Source: Camelus ferus (lineage: Eukaryota). From it: 64,000 nt of DNA. The translations under genes and the position numbers were made by a program. A model generated the notes under the pieces. The model was not told the origin of the DNA and did no database searches. It was given only the letters and a program-made list of their open reading frames with translations. Positions 28,431 to 42,982 of this stretch are shown here, piece by piece (positions within the stretch are counted from its first letter, which is position 1; every line of letters begins with the position of its first letter). The stretch covers positions 86,120,001-86,184,000 of the forward strand of contig NC_045696.1 in NCBI RefSeq assembly GCF_009834535.1. Direction: 5' to 3'.

Positions 28431-28906
28431 TCATCATCACTTTTAATATCTATTCCTCTGCCTGACTCCAAGGCCACTGAGTCGGGCACATGTCTTATTC
28501 CTCTTTGTATTTGCAGAATCTCACACGAGACCTGGAACCAAATAGATACTGCCTAATTATTTGCTGCTTTTAATAGAACTGCCCTAGACAAAACTAGGAA
28601 TGTCAGTGAAGTGAGAGTAATAGGCCAGATGGGAGAGGTCTGTGGAATTAGGTGTCTTAAGGAAATACCAGTCACACACAAAGCAGCAGGCAAGTACAGA
28701 AAATTCATATGCACACATATCGCATGCTATCTAGAAGAAGCCATCCATAGAGAATGGAAGTAATAAACTTATATGAATAAGTGAGTACCAGAAAGGGGAC
28801 ACTAGGTAAGTGCATTTCAACAGGCTAGGAAAACCTGACCTCTGATAGCTGTCAACATGTGACACACAAGCAAGTAGTGACAGCACTGGGGAAATCTTTG
28901 AGAAGT

Positions 28907-29145
28907 TAGGGTAGAATTCCCAGATCAAATACAGGATGCCAAGTTAAATTTGAGTTTCACATAAATGACAATTATTTTAGCATAGGAATGTCTCATGCAA
29001 CATACATCATCTCTCTGTATTTTTGCAACAATCTTGCCAAGCATGCGTAACTACAATTGAGATTCTAAGAAAAAAATGACTGTCGCTTATCCGAAATTCA
29101 AATTTAATTGGTGTTCTATAGTTTATTTGCTCATCTGGTAAGCTC
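28907..29145. mobile_element. MER53-like palindromic MITE
   Basis: ccagatcaaatacaggatgccaagttaaatttgagtttca and inverted arm tccgaaattcaaatttaattgg...atctggtaa. Confidence 0.75.
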
Positions 29146-29505
29146 AAATTAGTCTGTGAAGGTTAGGATGCCAGCCTAAAGCAGGACCCACATATAGCAG
29201 AAAACTGGATTTTATTGCTAGACAATAAAAGCAAGGCAAACAAATGGCCAAGATAAAGGCAAGATGCTGGAATTCAAGCTAAGTTAAAAAGTGACTGACT
29301 CTCCAGGAAGTAATGCTAAGAATATCTTCTTGGAGTTTCTGTTAATTTAGTAAGGCTGCCTCTGATGGCTGAGCACATCGTTCCTTCAGGAATCCAGGAT
29401 TTTCTTATTTCCTTCTGAGTAGGAGCTGAATTAATGAATGATTAACACCTGGGTTAGGGACAAACCTGAAACTGTGGAAATGGGAGGGAACAGGGCCAGA
29501 AATCC

Positions 29506-29561
29506 AAGCAGATTTTCAATTTTTCTGTTTTCAAAGCAGATTTTCAATTTTTCTGTTTTCA
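29506..29561. repeat. Perfect 28-bp tandem duplication
   Basis: aagcagattttcaatttttctgttttca x2. Confidence 0.95.
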
Positions 29562-31639
29562 TGTTTCCTATTGTATTTAATTCTGTAAGCTACCTCAAAT
29601 CCCTTTAGGACAGAAGCTCAGGTAAATCCTAAAAGAATGAATAAATAAATAAGCAAAACTCTGCCCAGCCCAAGGCAATTATAGGAAAACCAAGATAAGG
29701 AGACCAGCCACAATCTAAGAAGCAGCTTTTCTTCCTACCTCACTTAGCAGCCTCTTGTCTCTCTGCTCCTTTAAATTAACCCATTAATTTCCTTGGCAAA
29801 TTAAATTTACAGTTTCTTTTTGGAGCTTTTGAATAGACTCTGGGGGATAAGCATTCCAAATACTAGCTGGAATTACTGTAAATAAATCAAATTTGGCAAA
29901 GATGTTAATTGGAGCCACGTTTTTGGAAGCAGTGTTCAAGGCTGGCAGTTTTTAGTACTTAAACTTTTTTCTGCTTAGCTTTTACAGTCATAAATGCTTG
30001 TCCATACAAGATAATATGATTGAATCCCTCAATATTTCCTGGGAGTGAGGTGGGAGAATCACTTTAACGGAATGTTCTAAAAGAATATCATTATTTTTTA
30101 AGGTTTAGAACCTTTTATAAGGTGATGGAAGAAAAGGCTATTAGCCACTCCCTAGGTTCAGTGCTATACAGCTTAGGCTTATAACAAATGCTGTTATTCT
30201 TAAGTGACACGCAGTGAAAAGCTTAACTGAGTTCAATCTGTTATTACTCCCATCAGCTATACTTTAGATCTGTTGCCCCTAAAACAAAATCTTTTACTTA
30301 TATTTTTTTATGACTTCCATTATGTACATTTTTTCTATTGTAATAGGTTTCTATATATGTTATCTGACCCCTATCCTAGAGGCCCATATAGAGATTGGCC
30401 TTGGGAAATCTGAGGAACATCTCAATGGGGACAGGAAAGGAGTGTTAGAGCAGGAATGTGTTAGCACAGCATTCTCCTTGGGTCCTTACAAGGAATTATA
30501 GTAGACTTAGAGATAAAAAATTATGGCTATGAAAATTTAGGATCTTTTTACTACCTAAAGATGTAAGTATTAAGCCAATTCACACACTAAAAGAATGAAA
30601 GAAAATGTGATACCTTCATCACTTTCTGCTCCGTCTCTATTCTGTCCAAGATTTGTTCATCCCTTTTGATTTTCTATTTGAAATACATTGAAACTCTAGA
30701 TAAAACTCAGATACTGTGATCCTTTTCAAGAAGACGAAGTCACCCAAATTGTTTGCCTTCCCTGAAAAACTACGGAATAGAGATCCCTGATTCTCCCTTT
30801 ATAGTTTAGAAAAGAACAGATTCATTTGTAATGTGGCTTTAGTAAGGAAGAAGGGAAAAAGAGGTTGTTTCTTTCTTTTCCTGTGAAAAACTTCTCTTAC
30901 TATTATTAATCAATTTATCGGTAAGCGATTATCTGCATATCAGAAGGACTTGAGTACAGTGGAGGTGGAGACAATTCCCAACTACCCAAGACTACAAACA
31001 GCTAAGTACCAAATTAGAGGTCTGTCTCATTCATCTCTTCCTTCTGGTATCCCCCTAGTGGTGTTGACTATAAAAAGTTCTTATTCACAACAGACTCAGA
31101 AGTTTCCCCTTTTCAAAAACAGAAAAATATAAAATACATAAAATAAAGTGTTTTCTTCATTGAATTGATCACTGTTCAGCTGCAAAAAATGGAATTCACT
31201 CCGACTAGTTCAAGCACAAGGGATCTATTAACAGATATTAAATTGCTTATAGAGTGAATTTGGAAGTTGAAGGATGATGGCAGACTAAGCTTTTAGTGAT
31301 GGTTTCAAAAGCTATACTATAGGAGTTGGTTACCAAGGGAACTACAAGTTTCTTCTACAGTCATGAAGCAATCAGATCAGCAAATAATCCAAAATCAAAA
31401 AGTTTACTCTAGAAATGCAAGCACTTCTAAGATCAAGTTTATCAACAGAGGCTGCAGAAGTATCAGAAAATGTGGCTTTCGTGTACAATATCTCACACAA
31501 CTATATCTAGTTAATGAAGATAAAGTATATTCATCTAGGTGTAAGGAACTCTGGGAAATACGGTTTTTAGCTTTTCATACTTTGCAGTATGTGCAGTTCA
31601 CTAGAGGGGAACTGATGCTGAGTGTTACACACCACCCTG

Positions 31640-32800
31640 CCCATCTGGCACTGCATAGTCCCACACACCTTCTATCCATGTTTAAACTTCCAAGCAACAA
31701 CATTAGCAACAGGAATATGTTACCATTCAACATAATGCAGCTATGCCCTATAAACATGAAGAAGAACCCTCTACCCGACAAGAGGCAAACCAACAGTCCA
31801 ACTGTCACCAAACCCATTTCTGGGTGATTTCATCTCTTTTGTAATTAAATCAATTATTCCCACCTTTATATACTGTAAACTATGATATAAATTAAAAAGT
31901 TATCTACCACCAAAAACTACTTAAAGTATTAAAAAGAAAAGGAAATAAGAACCTGTATAAGATAGGTATAGATAGAGAGGAGAAAGATAGATGACAGATG
32001 GAAGAATATGTTACGAATAGCTAGTAAAATCCTTGTTTCTGCAGTAAGCCACAAGGGTGTAGTTAGGACTTCTGATTTCTTTCTTTTACTGCACAATTCA
32101 TGTGTCCTTTGATTTTGGTAAAACCTCAGTTGTTTGTGATTCCTCAAATGAGATAAACCAGTGATTTATTCCTGAATAATTCAAAACCTGGAAGTCCTAG
32201 TATTGAATCATAATAGTATAATACTAATTTTCCTCAGGAAATATGGTAGTTGGAGCCACTTTGGAGGATCCCAGACATACTCATCCATGTCACCATTGTA
32301 TAAGGGTTTCTTGAAACTCTGGATCAATTCTCTCAGCATTGTCTTTGTTTACCTATTGGTTCTGGAAGAGCCCCAGATGGTCAGGTCTAGTCTTAATTTT
32401 AAGATCCATGGAATCATCATTGTGTCTCCCAGTAAATAATTTCTGCTGTTGTGCACTAAGACCTCTAAACCAGTAGAGGTTAAAAGCTGGAAGACAGGAA
32501 GTAAACATTTCCCTACTAAGTCATTTAGTGTAATGGTGAGAGTTGTCATTCCTAGCTCCACTTTTTGCCTTTAGGCTCCATGTTTCCTACAGGAGAAATG
32601 ATAAACTTACAATTCCCTACTATACTCCCCATCCACAAAAACCTTTCCCTCCCAAATATACCCACTTACCCGACTCCTGTCATCCTTCAAACCTTACCAC
32701 TGAATGTAATTTCCCTCAGGCAATCTACAGTGACCTCTAACATGTGGGAAAGGTGATGTCTCATGGAGTCCTATAGCATCTTGTCCCTCCACATGTTATC
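31640..32800 (-). mobile_element. ERVL/MaLR internal region remnant
   Basis: ORF 32349-32561 LTITLNDLVGKCLLPV...GLEVLV...GDTMMIPWILKLRL resembles the ERVL pol/dUTPase region. Confidence 0.75.
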
Positions 32801-35552
32801 TCCACATTGTAACAACCTCTTCACTCAAATTTATGTCTCATTACACTTTTTGACATAAGGTTAATGGAACAGGCATTAGTCATATTCATAATTAGAAATC
32901 TGAACTTCATGCAACTTTGTAATACCAAATGTTTTTTTTAATTAAAATATTTTAAATTAGTATTCATGTGCATGAAGTATGAACAATCATGATGTATAGC
33001 AGCATTTGTCTTCAAGTTAAAAATCTTAAAGGTAGTATTTCCTTACAAATAACAGTTTCAATTTTATGGGATATTTCAGGTAAACTTTAATTGACAACTC
33101 AGGCAATCAGTGACTGGGATGGTTACCTGTTTGAATAATAGTGCTTTAAGGCAGACTAGAAACACCCACATTGGAGCAGAATACCAGTGTGAAAATAGAT
33201 GCCTCATCCATTTGCTGACAAAATAGCTTACAAGCAATATCAAAATAAAATGAAACCCAACAATCCTCAGCATATCAAGATTTAAATCAAAACTTTGACT
33301 CATTGAGGAGATTTTTATTTTAATATGTTGTTTTCTCTACATCAAGTGGTTTGGATTATGGAAAAAGTTGGGGGCTAACCAATCCAAAACATGTAGAAAG
33401 CTTAAGTTGTCCACATTCCATTGAAATTAAAGATGAATAGGAATAATTCTCAGTAGGTTTTGCTCCGATAACTTTCATAAGAGTTTTAGATGGCTTGAAT
33501 GTTGTTTGAGAGAAAGTAAGAGATTGAAAATACTAGAGGGATTTGATATAAATTTCTATCCATTTCTTAGAATTAAAACAGTGCTTAAATTTTGTTTCCT
33601 TGGTCTGTCAATTAGAACAAGTAAATGTTATCTACTAAGTTTCTACATTAAAAAAAAGTATTCTGGTGAAGCATTAAAATAACAATCAATGTATGCAAAA
33701 TGTGATGAGATGATTCAATAAAATTGATTTTTTTCTACAAGATTCACTTTATAATTATATTTGCTACCATTTTATAACTATAAATTAATGTGTACCTGTA
33801 TTTTTAAATTTTATAAAGGGATTTATTAATTATAGTGGTGGAGATTAAGAGTACTATTTTATCAAATTTTTTCTACACCAGAATTTATCTTATGCCTGAA
33901 AGCACTTTTCCAAAGATTGTACATATTTGACATCATGGACATATGTTAAAATAGCACCAAAACTAATATGCTCTATGCAAACATTCAAATATATTATTAA
34001 ATAGGTATTAACATCTGCTCTTCTATCCCTTGAACTTTGGATGCAGATACAAGTCTTGTGCACAAAACTAGGATAATTAATATGTCATTTTGGCATTAAA
34101 CAATTTATAGCTCCCTGAAAAAAAAATTATTCCAAAGAAACTGTTCACACTAATAGTGAATCATAATATTATTCTTGCATCAAAATAAAAGAAAAAAGGC
34201 ATCATTTTGTAGTGTGTACTCATGTTTATGGCTAAATTAGGTGTTGAACTCATTTTGGAAGTAGTACAAACACTAGAGTAAAACTCCTTAACATATGTTC
34301 TATGTAATTTAGGGATCAGTTGAAAATCAGTTGAATTCAGTTGAAAATCATCACTATTACGGTACATAAGCTTCCATAGTAAGATACTGAAAAGTAAATC
34401 TAAAAATACAACAACCAAAATCAAACCAACTAACAAAAAACAAAATTACAGAAACAAAATAATAACTGGGAAAAAATGGGGAATTTAATAAACAAATATA
34501 AACTGGCAATATACTTTTCCCCCCCACTAATCAGAAATATATACAAGGAACAGGTAGTTCTCTAAGCAGTACGATTTGCAGTGTTCTAAAAAGACTGCCC
34601 ATGACCTAAACATCTCCTACAACATTAAAGACCTTAAATTTTAAAGAGGAGGTCTCCATATTAAGCATGCAAATAAATTCATTGGGTTGTGGCATTAAAT
34701 CAGCCTCACAAAAATTTAAAATAACGCCTGCGGTAGACTGCTCATACAGAAGTAGAAGATGTTAAAGGTAAATGTAAGAAGGGAGCCCTAATTGGGTGGT
34801 ACATCTGGAGTGCTTGGCAGGAGGCCTTGGTTGGTGCTGGCCAAAGACAACAAAGTAAGAGACTGTTGGAGAAAGTCTTCCCCAAATCATAAAGTCCAGC
34901 TCTGCTTATTTCAGTGTGTCCTGCGTTTGGCCTTTTTCCCATGACCCCCAGTACAAAAAGCCCAGGCAAGTTCTCTCATCTCCAAGGCAAGGGTATAGTT
35001 AGAGTTCTGTCACTATACTATCTTTGTTATAGCTCTCCATTAACTGAAAAATCATTAGAACTGACTCTGTTTGTATTATAATGTGCACTTTAAAATGCTG
35101 TATATCTAAAGAATTATAAAGAGTTTTATGAACGGACTTGGAAATGAAATAAGAGAGGAGAATATTAGATTTGGATTTAGGTAGATATTAGACAAATTCT
35201 GATTCTCTCTCTTAGTAATTAATCTAGTAAACTTAATATTTCTAAATTCAGTTTCCTTATTTGTTGGATAGAGAATGCAGTATTTTCCTTGGAGGTTTTC
35301 TTTGTCTGTTTGATGAAGACTGAATAATAGTAAGATAATTTATTTTAAATGATTTACACATAATTCCTCAGCCTCCTGAAAGAGAGATATTATTATTACT
35401 AGGTCATTCAAAATTAAAGATAAAAGTTTAATTAAAGTTCAATGAATACAGAAAATGTCTGGCAGTTCAAGAAATGTGTATGATAGTAGATAGTGGAAGA
35501 GGGAAATTTTTAACTATCAACATAATTACAGATAAAAATAAAAGCAGCTCAC

Positions 35553-35583
35553 CATAGATAAAATCATTATGTTTTTCTCTTTC
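35553..35583 (-). pseudogene. Micro-exon K, 31 nt, phase 0>1
   Basis: Branch point TACTAAC (35603-35609), A-rich weak acceptor ttaaag|, donor ATG|gtgagc. Reads EREKHNDFIY. Confidence 0.45.
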
Positions 35584-37544
35584 CTTTAATTTTTTTTTAA
35601 CAGTTAGTAAAACATGAGTCCTTTTCCAGGCAAGTTAAAAAAGAGAAATAAGAAAAATACACCCTGGTGAGAAATTATAAATCTTTAAAATTGATACTAC
35701 TAATATCTGGAAAGTTAAAAATATGGAAATTGTGTTATTTTACAATATTGAAGTTCCTAAAGTAGTAAAAGATACCCATAGCAACATTAAAACATTAAAA
35801 AGCCAAATAATTACTTTCTGTCACTGTATAGCAGTGTTGGCAAATCTTCAAAAAAAACTATGTTTGTTAAAAATTAGTATTTGCCATTAATTGCTAATTT
35901 ACTAGTATGTGCACATTATTTTTAGTAATCATGGTTAAAATTAATTTCCCTAATTATCTCATTGCCTAATTAATATATTTTATTAACTGGAATACTACAT
36001 CCTCTGATAATATAATAGAATTTTCTATTTATATATATAAAACATATATCTCAATTTTTAGCTTCGGAAATGTGCCACTGTTAGATAATTCTTGGCAGTT
36101 AATACCTAACTGGATTAAGAATTCTTACTTTGAACATCTGGGGATATTTGCTGCCAGAAATTGTCCTTGGCTTGTCCCCATCTCAACCATTATTGTTTAA
36201 ATATCATCTAATTATGAGGATTTTTTTTAAGTGTAAATCCAGTATAAGAACTATAAACAGTTATCAGTATATATAATCATTAAAGCTTCCACACTTTTAT
36301 ATATTTCAACATGATGTATTATGTAAATATGCAAAGAATAAAGAAATTCATTATTTGATGTATTGTACAAAAAATTTGATTTAATCTCTGATAACTCTCT
36401 TGGAGAGTTCCCCCCCCTCAAATTGCTTTATAGCCTAATCAGATTCTAAATCACATGTTTTTTTGGATTTTTTAAAGAAATATTTTATTTATTAGAGTTG
36501 TCATATAAAATTTAATTGAAAAGCTAATATTATTTTGACCTTATTAACAGCTTAAATACATAATATTTGATCCTTGTTAAACTATTTTATTACATGTTGA
36601 CTGTGCATATTTTATATTCATTGTAATTTTATTATAAAATGTTGAGATATAGACTGTATTTTCCAAATTGTTTATTACACACACACAATCATGCACTGTG
36701 TACAAATAGAAAAAAAGAAAATGTAAAGCATGTTCATAGATCACTACAAGACAAAGTAGAATGTGTCAGCAAAAGATGACACACTGTAATATAGTAATAC
36801 AGATGAGGGAAAAAAAATCCTTTCTGGAAGAAACTAGGTATCCTAATATTCTTAAAGCTCTCAAGAAGTAATTACACAGTTTTGAGAAGGTAGAAAAATA
36901 TATACCCCTAACGTCCCAATTCTTCAAATGTTTTCTGTGCTTTATTACAGCCTCAGGTTTATATGTGCCTCAAGAGCCAATGAGGCTATTAGAGGCAACA
37001 GCATTACCAGATTCCTCCAGAACTTTCTCCCTATATTTGTTAAAGAAAAAAAAAAGTTTTAGTCTCTTAAGCCTTAAGCAAAAGTAACACAACTCACAGT
37101 TCTTAACTGTGGGGAGGGAAAATGGTGAGTACATTCCAAAACTTTACAGAAGTCTTTCTTTTGATTTTTATTGAAGCCGTGGAGTACTCTTTCAGTCCTG
37201 ATTCTGATGAAATAATCATAGTTCTAATTAATTTCTAAAAGTACATCCATTTTAGATTTTCTTTCCCTAAAAGTAGTGGAATTGAGGCAAGAAGTAACCA
37301 ATAGAGCATTTTTTTTCCAGTAGAGCATTTTTATGAACCTCTTCTTAATAATTCTTTCTACAAAGAAAATTAAATTTGTCCAGTGACAGTTTTTTATTTG
37401 TGCATTACATTCTTAAAGGGAACTTTTGTCAGCTAATCTGTACCTACAATAAAGTTCAAAAATACTTGCAAGGGACCTTCTAGTTTACCTTATGAAAACA
37501 CAAAGGAGCAACTTTTTCAGCTGCAGAATCACAATGGCCTGCCT

Positions 37545-40500
37545 ATTCTAAACATTTCATATTGGTTGAAATGATATATGATCTTTTGTGACTGGCTTCC
37601 TGAATGTTTTCAGGATTTGTCCATGTTGTAGCATGTATCAGCACTTCATTATTTTTATTTGCATAATGCAGTTCAAGCGTATGTATATATTATGATTTAC
37701 CTATTAATTCATCAGTTAATGGACTTTTGAGTTATTTGCAATTTTAGTCTATTATGAATATTACTGCTAAGAACATTCACGTATATGTTGTGTGGATGTG
37801 TTTGCATGACTCAGAAAGTGGAATATCTGAGTCATGTTTTTACTCTTTGACTAACAATTTGAGGAACTAGGAATCTGAATTCCAAAGTGGCTGTACCATC
37901 TTAAAAACCCACTAGCAATGTATGCAAGTTGAGATATCTCAAAATTCTTAATAACATATTATTTTGGTTTTTTTTTCAGTTATTCTGGTGAGTGTGAAGT
38001 GATCTCTAATATGGTTTTGATTTGCATTTCCCTAATGACTAATAATTTTGATCATCTTTTCATGGCCATTTGCTGTATTTGAAGAACTGTCTATTCAAAA
38101 TACGTTGTCTACTTTATAATTAGGTTATTTGACATTTTACTTTTGAGTTGTGTTATTAATTTATAAATCTTGGGTACAAGTCCTTTATCAGATATGTGAT
38201 TTGAAGATAATATTCTCTTATCTTGTGTTATCTTTGCAATTGCTTAATTTGCTATTTGGAGGACAAAGGTTTTTTTGCTTGGATTAAGTCCTTTTTATTT
38301 ACTTTCTGTATGTCTATATTTTCTTCTAAGAGTTTTCATCATTTTAACTTACACTTAGGTCTTATAATCATATTGAGTTAATTTTGTGTATGACATGAGG
38401 TAGGGACACAATTAATTTACTTTTGCCTATGGATATCTAATTTTCCAGCATTATTTTTTGAAAAGATTCCTTTTCCATAGAATGGTCTTGGTACTCTTGT
38501 CAAAACTCAACTGAGCATAGAAGCATGGGTTTATGTCTGGACTGTCAGTTCAATTCCATTAATTTACATGTCCATCCTTATCCTTATCCACACTGTTTTG
38601 ATTACTGTAGGTTTGTAGTAAGTAAAGCAGTTGAGGTCTATAAGTCCTCCATCTCTGTTATTCTTCAAGATTGTTTTGGTTATTCAAGATCCTTTGCAAT
38701 TTTATTTGAATTTTAGCAATAGCTTGTCCATTTATAACAAAAAAAATGGAATTTTGATAGGAATTTCATTAAATCTGTAGAGCAATTTGGGAAGTATTTC
38801 CAGCCTAACAATATTAAGTTTCCCAATCTATGAACATGGGATTTCTTTCTATTTATATGGTCTACTTTATTTTTTTTAACAATGTTTTATAGTTTTCAGT
38901 ATACACATCTTACACTTCTTTGTTAAATTTGTTTTTAAATACTTTATTCTTTTGGATCTATTTAATGAATTTGTTTCCTGAATTTCATTTTCAGAATATT
39001 CATTGCTAATCTGTAGACATGCAAATTACTTTTGTATATTGATTTTGTATCCTACAATCTTGCTGAACTTGTTTCTTACTTTGAATAGTTTTTAGTGGAT
39101 TCATTTTGAGTTATTATGTATAAAATCATGCTGTCTACACATAAAGGTGGTGTTCCTTCTTCCTTTACAGCGTGGATGCTATTTCTTCATTTTTCTTGCC
39201 TTATTGTTGAATGTAACCTTCTGTGCAATGCTAAACAGAAATGATGAGAGTAAACATCTTTGTTTAATCTAAGGGGAAAAAAGCATTAATTCTTTCACCA
39301 TTAAGTATGACATTAGCTATTATTTTTGGTAGATGTTCTTTATCATGTTGAGGAATGTCCCTTCTATTCCTAGATTATTGAGTTTTTTTTAAATGACATT
39401 TGGCAAGTTTTCAGCCATTCTTACTTGGAGTATTTTTTTCTGACCCCTCTTCTCTCTTTTATCCTTTGTTACTCCCATTGCATATATTGGTGTGATTAAT
39501 GATGTCTCCATTGTTCTAAGGCTCAGCTTATTTTCTTATATGCTTTATTCTTGCTGTTTTTCAAACTGTGTAATCTCTATATCAATCTATTTTCAAATTT
39601 GCTGAGTCTTTCTTATGCCATCTCCAATCTACTGTTCACCTCCTCTAGTAAATGTTTTACTTTGGTTATTTTAACTTTCACCTCTGGAATTTCCATTATA
39701 AAATAATTCCTAACTCCTTAATAATATTTCTCTTTGATGATTCATTATCATTGTACCAACTTTAATCCTTTAACTATGATTTTCTTTAGTAATTTGAACA
39801 TATTTATATTGGCTACTTTGAAGTCATTTTCTACAAAGTGTAACATCTATGATCCCTCAAAAATAGTTTATGTTTCCTGTTTTTGTTCCTGTGTATGGGT
39901 CATATTTTCCTGGTTCTCTGCATGTTTATTCTTTTTAATTAAAAGTGGAAATTTTTGATAATATATTATAGCAACTCTGGATACGAATCCCTCCCTTAGG
40001 GCTTTTGATTGTTGGTGGTGGTTTATTTGCTTGTTCATTTGTTAATAAGTTGGTTAGCCTAATCTTGTAAAGTTTATTTTCCCTCTAATATGTAGCCTCT
40101 GATGTTCATGATATGATTGCTTTTTTTCTTGTTTTTATCTTTAACCATGACTTTTTAGAGTTGATCCTGAGTCAGCATTGTTTCTTGGTCAACTACTGAT
40201 TGGTCAGAGTTGTGTTTAAGCCGCATGAGTTAGTAACACTTTCACCCTATACTGTTGAAACTGTGAGTGGCTTGGACACTGTTTTCACAGTTTAGGGGGT
40301 TTGCAAGTTAGATCTTCAATCACCAAGAACTATTAGCTGGTAAGTTCTCTCTCTGGTTAGTTTTGAAAGAGTATGTGTGTCTAAGGCACAGGCCCAGTCT
40401 TCTAGACCACTAGGGATTACTGTGATTTTTAACAGGGTCCTCTTTGATGATCTATTTCCCTGATCTCCCAGCTAAACTTGCTGGTCTGCCTCTACTTGTA

Positions 40501-41250
40501 TCATAACAAGCTGTTGTCCCCCAGTGATTGCTAGTTGATTACTCTGTTGTTTTCATCAAAACACCTTGGTGCATAATTTGTTCCAAATAGAGTTGCTCCC
40601 CTCAGATAGAGCATTACCACTCTGTGAGGACTATTCCCCTAACATGCTCCCCACCTCTTCCCTTACAGTAAAGAACAGCTGGTCTATCAAGCAGGTGTTA
40701 AAGGTGGAATTTACTTTTCACAACAGGATCCTATCTAGGGAGTAAGACCTGTCTACGTGAGAGGAAGAACTGGCATTACCACCCAACTATCCATCTCCCA
40801 CCAGGAGAGATCATCCCCAACTTAGAACTGTGGGGACTCAGGGGAATATACTCTTTACCAGCTGCCTTGTCAGACTTTTACTGAGAGAGTTGCAGTTAGG
40901 GGTGGGAAATGAGACCATTGTCTACCTGCCATCATCCACTGAATATTGATTTTCTGCAGGGTAGAGCTGGGGAAAATGGGACCTACCATTGGTTTCTCAG
41001 CATGCTGGGGTAGTTTTTCAACACCGTGAATCTCAATAAGAATGGATGCAGCCCCAACTTGACAAATGCCTTTCACACTTATTACTAAACTCCAGAGGTC
41101 TTGTAGAATAAATGCTTTTCAGTTTGTGGTAAGTCAATTTCCAGAGACTATAAATGATTGTCTTTACTAATTTTGACCAATTTATAGATCTCTCTCCAGG
41201 TGAGACCTTTTGCCAAGCTGCTCATGCTGCCATTCTATTAAATTCCACCT
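37545..41250 (-). mobile_element. Old L1 with internal deletions: 3' ORF2 (~37545-39390) joined to ORF1/5' region (~39395-41250)
   Basis: ttttgatttgcatttccctaatgact, tctttcaccattaagtatga, tttggcaagttttcagccatt. Confidence 0.85.
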
Positions 41251-41540
41251 GGGTATTTCTTTGTAGTTTCAAATGCCAAATTAGATCAAATTATGATGTT
41301 TAAAATATCTACAATCTGCCATAAATGAGAAGAAGGATCTCTAAATAACCTTTAAATAGTTGACAAAGGTGGGCAGGTAGGAGGTTGTAAATAAAGTATA
41401 GTATTTTTTATGACCGTTAGTCTTCTTCCACAAAAAAATCAGAATTATTCACTAGCTCTTTTTTTCTTTTTGAAGGAACAGGGTGTTAATTTCTCAAATT
41501 TCTTGCAGTAAAAATAAAATCTTTTAGGTTTCCAACTTAC

Positions 41541-41571
41541 TTCATTTAAAAATTTTCCCTTTTCTTGGTCC
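41541..41571 (-). pseudogene. Micro-exon J, 31 nt, phase 2>0
   Basis: ttttcaatttaag| ... GAA|gtaagt. Reads DQEKGKFLNE with no stop. Confidence 0.55.
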
Positions 41572-42884
41572 CTTAAATTGAAAATTAATAAAGTTTTATT
41601 TTTAATATTATAATGTATACCTATAGCACTTCTTCATAAAATATGTCCTTATTAGAATCATCCAGTGTTTTCATTAGAAATTTAGCTTTTTTAACTTATG
41701 AATACTCTTTTTGTTCAGTAAAATATAGTAAAAAAAAATTAAACTAGACTATTTTATATCTTAATTCATATTTGAACTCTGAAGTAAGGAGATTTTGTTT
41801 TTATTGATTGTATGGCATTAATCTTTATGGTTGAGAGTTAAGCCCTTTTCATTACTCTAAATAATTCAGAAAATAATCCCACTTTCACTCTTCTATCAGT
41901 CCTCTAATTATAACAATTTAATTTAAAAAAAATTGTCTCCAAATGCCTACTATGTGTGAAGTCCTAAGCTAATTAAAAAGTAATGCAGTATAGCCCCTGC
42001 TGTAGTCATTTGTGCTACCTAAGAAGTATGTAAATTAATTTAAAATAAAATTAATATGATAGTGCCAATGGACATTGAACATAAAACACTGTGACATTTC
42101 AAAATAGGGAAAGGTCAGATCAGGAGGCTCAAGACAAAAACTCATAGTATATGTGATATGTATTATTCATCCATCATTCAGCTCCTGGTGGGTAGCAGGG
42201 TATAAAATACACAGAGAGAGATCAGAGAGAGAGATAACATGCAAGATCACATTTGATACTTCAGAGTAAGAACATTCAGACATACTTTTATTAGGTTAAG
42301 TTGGAAAAGAAGAGCTTTGCAGAGGAAATTCTAACAACATACAAGTTAAAGCACTGAGTCCAAGGAGGGTGTCACAAGCTACTGTGCCCTTGGAACCCAG
42401 TGGGTTAATGTAATTAAATGGAGTGGGCTGATTATAACATAACAGAGAGGGATTGGCATGTGCCCTCCAAGGAGCAAGGACAGAGGCTTTGCTCTTTCCA
42501 GACAACTATTTTCATGAAGTAAATATGTATGGTTATAAGACACATATTCAGATCCTAGTTAGTGACTTCCCATTGATCATCTTCAAGAGTCAACAGAGTT
42601 TTCATGAAAACATTGTTCAGTTGTTTCTATCCATTGGCCCCTCTAGTTTTCTGTATAAAAATCTATGACAGTGAGTGTCTTGTAAATATTTGAGAAAAGT
42701 TTGTGTTTGTTTTTTATTTTGGTAAATCATATGGTTAAGAAAAATCAGTTCAAACATTTGCAAATTTAAGAGAGAAAAAAACTGTTCTTACAAAGCTCTT
42801 GCAATGTGAAAAGCAACCTAGTAATGAACAAAGTGTTGACGTGAATGTGTCTGTGTCATAATAGTTTATAAAACACAAGTTTAC

Positions 42885-42982
42885 CTTGAGTCATTACGTC
42901 TCAACACTGTAGACACTCGATCTTGATTCTCAGTATTTTCAAGACAAATTTCCGGCTACCATTCTTATTCTTCCAGTCTCAC
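42885..42982 (-). pseudogene. Exon I, 98 nt, phase 0>2 (putative cytoplasmic)
   Basis: gtttttgttttgtttttttgtttag| ... CAAG|gtaaac. Reads VRLEE*EW*PEICLENTENQDRVSTVLRRNDSR. Confidence 0.65.

Noticed and set aside
31363..31827. Longest ORF in the track (154 aa)
   Set aside because: Overlaps MaLR/ERVL-derived sequence and has no recognisable protein features.
35604..35629. Plus-strand 26-nt micro-exon-like signal (tttaacag ... CAG|gcaagt)
   Set aside because: No compatible plus-strand partner exons found. It overlaps the acceptor region of minus-strand exon K.
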